64,000 nucleotides of DNA from an uncultured Gammaproteobacteria bacterium (GTDB lineage Bacteria > Patescibacteriota > Microgenomatia > UBA8517): the NCBI GenBank assembly GCA_964635715.1, contig CAZWNZ010000001.1:248122-312121 (forward strand), in the 5' to 3' direction. Below, one piece after another: positions 62,701 through 64,000 of the stretch. The notes under the pieces are model-generated. The model saw only the letters and a program-made list of their open reading frames with translations, made no database searches and was not told where the DNA came from. The stretch's first letter is position 1. Each line of letters starts with the position of its first letter. The position numbers were made by a program, and so were the translations under genes.

Positions 62701-63286
62701 CGGAAATACTTTTACATTTAACCCCGCAAGCGGTCCAACCTATGCAGGTGCAGCCAGACCTGACAGACGGGAAGAATTGATTCCCGAATTCCCCGGAGCT
62801 GTTTTAACCGGTAGTGGAACAGGTACTATGACATCTGATTTCTGTGCAGCATCAGCGGGTGTTGGTGGACTTACCGCAACCAATACTACGGTTTGTAACA
62901 CCTCAGGAGACACACACAATTATTATAATTGGACAACTTCTCAAGGGACTGCTCAAACATATTCAATCTATTTGAAATGGAGAATCCCGGATAATTTCTC
63001 GGCATGGGATGCCAGTAATTCAGTTCAAGCGTATGCTAAAAGGAGTGACGCCACAAATGGGCATGTAAATATAAAAGTTTACGATACTGCAAATGCTCTA
63101 AATAATTCCGGCGGAACTGAAGTTGCAGGAACTGCAAATACCTGGGTGCAAAATGGAATTAATATATCCGGCGGTACTTGGACAGCCGGTAGCTACATGA
63201 CTATCCAGATAGATATTACGGCAGCTGCAAGTGGTGGAGTGACGGATGTGGGGGAAATCAATCTTAATTATTTCACTACGAACTAG
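53786..63286 (+). CDS. giant (~3170 aa) modular repeat surface protein: N-terminal signal anchor, shuffled repeat modules, C-terminal jelly-roll/lectin-like domain
   Basis: Single ORF; recurring modules NPSWITxLSPxKVLPDQTGQNGKVL, SSGVAWGAITGTLSDQTDLNTAL, QNANNVSI(T/S)GGS(L/I)SGLTSV and VQKSMTFTSADDTGVYTLPTGT; several copies are nucleotide-identical. Confidence 0.7.
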   Translation: MAGKKEKYQAGITPLLVLITVATSSILVFTGGLTFNNLKNKGILNFTDPTLRNIISQQADYLDSSKLNKSRIEGGLVGTVLLPDGSYSAYKILDGNIESKGSKFTGEVRISFFSDDVGLSNYTDGNINPFYLMDGTKTVGVIVDRMLANLNDGDTSHAIKILKGTVKNNSLTGEFVAQTLDTGYYIGGFVEDDGRITSATVLTGAPRLTEAQISIAENALSVLPLFKNVTADLATPSDANILGESTIATSKSDLGKLNKPVFNKKTGTWTFVGSGDGGAVSTSAMQGVVNYIQNIAETISTSPSAGQVVQQIVQNVVQGISEIKSANSKLTVSTENNVSTLSLDLSGITASGVNDGSVNPSGLVHSNTPIDGQCLTYNSSTGGFTWSSCGSGGGGTITDVIAGDGLVGGGTTGSIDLAINPQTGGGLEAATSGISLNRECADGEILKWTESTSSWDCAADNGGVGGGVSTLQVDDSTIVSSATVIDFLGSDFDLTNSPTGEGNLSIDYTNSKIVRSDQNQSINGTWTFSTAPVISTISNTGVLTLPTSTDTLVGRNTSDILTNKTITAGSNTISGLTASNLTAGDFSTKINSGTYSINISGNAGTVTNGIYTTGSYSNPSWITSLSPAKVLPDQTGNNGKVLSTNGSALSWITDSSGVAWGAITGTLSDQTDLNTALSGKLSTTGSAANLTNFPTFNQNTTGTASNITGVLGAISFPALDGDVTTIQGDLTTTIASGAVTLGKMSSLAANSIIGNNTGSSATPVALTTTQVKSLLSIANTDVSGLGTMSTQNANNISITGGSISGLSSVGATTFTGALTGNASSATTATTATTANALANSDSAGQSAITAINSATAGTLNTARLNSSVTTQGNTFNGVSQLVKLDTSGYLPTINGSLLTGLAKSQVGLSLVENTALSTWAGTTNVNTIADKTVTLARMADMATASFLGRNTAGTGSPEVLSISTAKSILSLSTGDISGLGTMATQNSNNVSISGGSLSGLTSVASTTFTGALTGNASTVTNGVYTNGSYSDPSWITAISPTKVLPDQTGQNGKVLSTNGSTLSWITNSSGVAWGAITGTLSDQTDLNTALSGKLSTTGSAANLTNFPTFNQNTTGTAAGLSSVLVSTMGGSGVNNAGTLTWGAGGTLGTAAYTASTDYATSAQGTLATNALPSASFTDAAVTGKLLTGYISGAGSVSATDTILQAIQKLNGNDATNANLTGVVTSIGNATSIADGAITNAMLANGAVANLSGTNTGDNAVNSNYASDYRAANFVAGTNYLTPTGSAASLTNFPILNQDTTGNAGTVTNGVYTSGSYSDPSWITSLSPTKVLPDQTGQNGKVLSTNGSTLSWITNSSGVAWGAITGTLSDQTDLNTALSGKLGTGLTSANVFVGNGSGVATGVSMSGDVTIDNTGATTIGNSKVTLGKIASIANNTILGNRSGSAAAPSELSASDVKSILSLSTSDISGLGSMATQNANSVSISGGSLSGLTSVAATTFTGALTGNASTVTGLSVTSGKTLTVQKSMTLTSADDTGVYTFPTGTATLLSTTGSAASLTDFPTFNQNTTGTAANITGVLGASSFPAMSGDVTNTQGSLTTAITSGAVTLGKMANLAANSIIGNNTGSPATPVALTNTQVKTLLSIANTDVSGLGTMSTQNSNNVSITGGSLSGLTSVSATTFTGDLTGNAGTVTNGVYTNGSYSDPSWITALSPTKVLPDQTGQNGKVLGTDGSNLSWVTNSSGVAWGAITGTLSDQTDLNTALGLKANTSSLGTISSQNANAVNVTGGTIAGLTGFSIRSSGSGAFDLTINNTENLTAGRALTITTGDAARTLTLTGDSSISGTNTGDNAVNSNYASDYRAANFVAGTDYLAPSGSAASLTNFPTFNQNTTGTASNITGVLGATSFPALDGDVTTIQGDLTTTIANGAVTLGKMANLAANSIIGNNTGDPATPIALTATQVKSLLSIANTDISGLGTMSTQNSNNVSISGGSLSGLTSVSATTFTGALTGNASSATTATTATTANALANTDSAGQSAITAINSATSGTINASRIASLPYISTTLNSGNVLVGNGSNVATGVSMSGDVTIDNTGATSIGNGKVTLGKIANIANSTILGNNSGSAGAPIALTASQVKSVLGISTGDVSGLGTMAAQNSNSVSISGGSISGVTVGGTATGLSISGSSNTLSNIGNSSLTNSSVTINTSGILSGGGSLSLGGTLNLSATEADTLSAVTNRGASTSDGITLSSASPLTLSDSAPVLTLGTGDAEGVLTIKDSNGTPHTLLTLTDIGTTGNLSVTGTLNGATITGGSLSATAVNGVTTGNIVLTSGSYSNPSWISGLTASHLTAGDFSSKINSGTYSIDISGNASTATTATSATSATSATSADSVTGLSVTAGKTLTVQKSMTFTSADDTGVYTLPTGTKTLVSTDVSTLSSLTSIGTLTDLTVTNAITGSVTGNAGTVTNGIYTTGSYSNPSWITSLSPAKVLPDQTGQNGKVLGTDGSNLSWVTNSSGVAWGAITGTLSDQSDLNTALSGKLSTSLTSANIFVGNGSGVATGVAMSGDITIDNTGATTIGNSKITLGKIANIADGTILGNNSGSSGAPIALTASQVKSLLSIANTDVSGLGTMSTQNANNVSITGGSMSGLTSVSATTFTGALTGNASSATTATTATTATTANALANTDSAGQSAITAINSATTGTINAARIASLPYISTSLASANIIVGNGSGVATGVAMSGDITIDNTGATTIGNSKVTLGKIADMATASFIGRNTTGTGAPEVLSASTAKSILAIANTDVSGLGTMSTQNANSVSISGGSIGGVTIGGTASGLTLAAGSNTLSGITASNMTAGDFSGVVNTGSYSINVSGSAGSVTGLSVTGGKTLTVQKSMTFTSADDTGVYTLPTGTKTLVSTDVSTLSSLTSVGTLSTLGVSGAISGATSTNTINGIIINSGAVSGVTTLGASSTVTIGSGGNTFTFNPASGPTYAGAARPDRREELIPEFPGAVLTGSGTGTMTSDFCAASAGVGGLTATNTTVCNTSGDTHNYYNWTTSQGTAQTYSIYLKWRIPDNFSAWDASNSVQAYAKRSDATNGHVNIKVYDTANALNNSGGTEVAGTANTWVQNGINISGGTWTAGSYMTIQIDITAAASGGVTDVGEINLNYFTTN

Positions 63287-63306
63287 CGGGAATAACTTAA
63301 GGTATT

Positions 63307-64000
63307 GAAAATAAAATATGTTCATTAATTCGGCCAAAATTCGATTAAAAAAAAGATCCAAAAGGATTATAAAAAGTTTGGCTGTTTTTCTTCTGGTTGC
63401 TTCCTGGCTTTTGACAGGATACCCCGGTTTTTGGCTGAGTCCGGTAAGGGCCGCAACCACTACGGTTTTCTTGACAACGGCAGATTCTTCCCCTTGGACA
63501 GTTCCCAACAACTGGGGAGGAATGGTATCAATTGAGGTAATTGGAGGGGGGCAAGGCGGAACTAAAGGTGTACAAGGAGGCAATGGAGGAGTGGGAGGAG
63601 ATGGCGGGGGCTACGCAAAAATAACATCGGGAATTACTACAACAGCAGGAAGTACGATTTCTTTTCAAGTAGGTACAGGGGGGAGTGGTGGCTCGTCTCC
63701 CGGCAATGGTGGTGATACTTGGTTTAGTTCGACATCGACTGTTTTGGCGAACGGAGGGGGAAGCTCTACCTCGAGGGTCGGGTCGGTAACTTATGCGGGT
63801 GGAGCTGGGGGAACAGCTTCCTACAAGGGAGGCGGAGGTGGAGGTGGGGCTGCTGGTCCGATTAAAACAACAACGGGTATCGGTAAAGATGGGGGAGACT
63901 CTCTATCAAGTGCTTTAGGTGGCGGCGGCGGAGGCGGAGCGGAGGGAGATAGTGCTACTGCCGGCGGTACCACAATTGACTCATCTTTTGGATCGGGCGG
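63307..64000 (+). CDS. Gly-rich secreted protein, 3'-truncated by the window end
   Basis: MFINSAKIRLKKRSKRIIKSLAVFLLVASWLL signal anchor, then GGGQGGTKGVQGGNGGVGG... repeats; not in the ORF track because no stop falls in the window. Confidence 0.45.

Overview
This 64-kb window looks like a small-genome, Patescibacteria/CPR-like bacterium (inference). AT content is about 60% and the standard code 11 is in use, since TAA, TAG and TGA all terminate conserved genes. The central feature is an rRNA operon (16S 18378-19970, 23S 27400-30590, 5S 30719-30840) with a 7.4-kb 16S-23S spacer. The spacer still carries the classic tRNA-Ile(GAT) and tRNA-Ala(TGC) but has acquired protein-coding genes: a VirB4-like type IV secretion ATPase, a small two-helix membrane protein, a frameshifted Cys-rich ORF and a sortase-type surface protein. 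The 16S and 23S genes each carry related ~100-130-nt insertion elements. The three tRNAs in the window are each followed by partial copies of their own 3' ends, including two tandem 77-bp repeats next to tRNA-Ala(CGC). A MITE-like repeat family is inserted in-frame in radA and in a large membrane protein, and it brackets a four-helix-bundle ('23S IVS protein') gene. Housekeeping genes present are rho, rpsA, radA, a MacAB-type ABC exporter with its adaptor, thermonuclease, a LysM-M23 peptidase and a sortase with an adjacent minimal substrate. The 3' end holds a giant (~3170 aa) modular repeat surface protein with nucleotide-identical internal repeats, preceded by an unusual excisionase-HTH/polytopic-membrane/Cache fusion protein. 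All functional calls come from motif recognition by eye, because no searches could be run.
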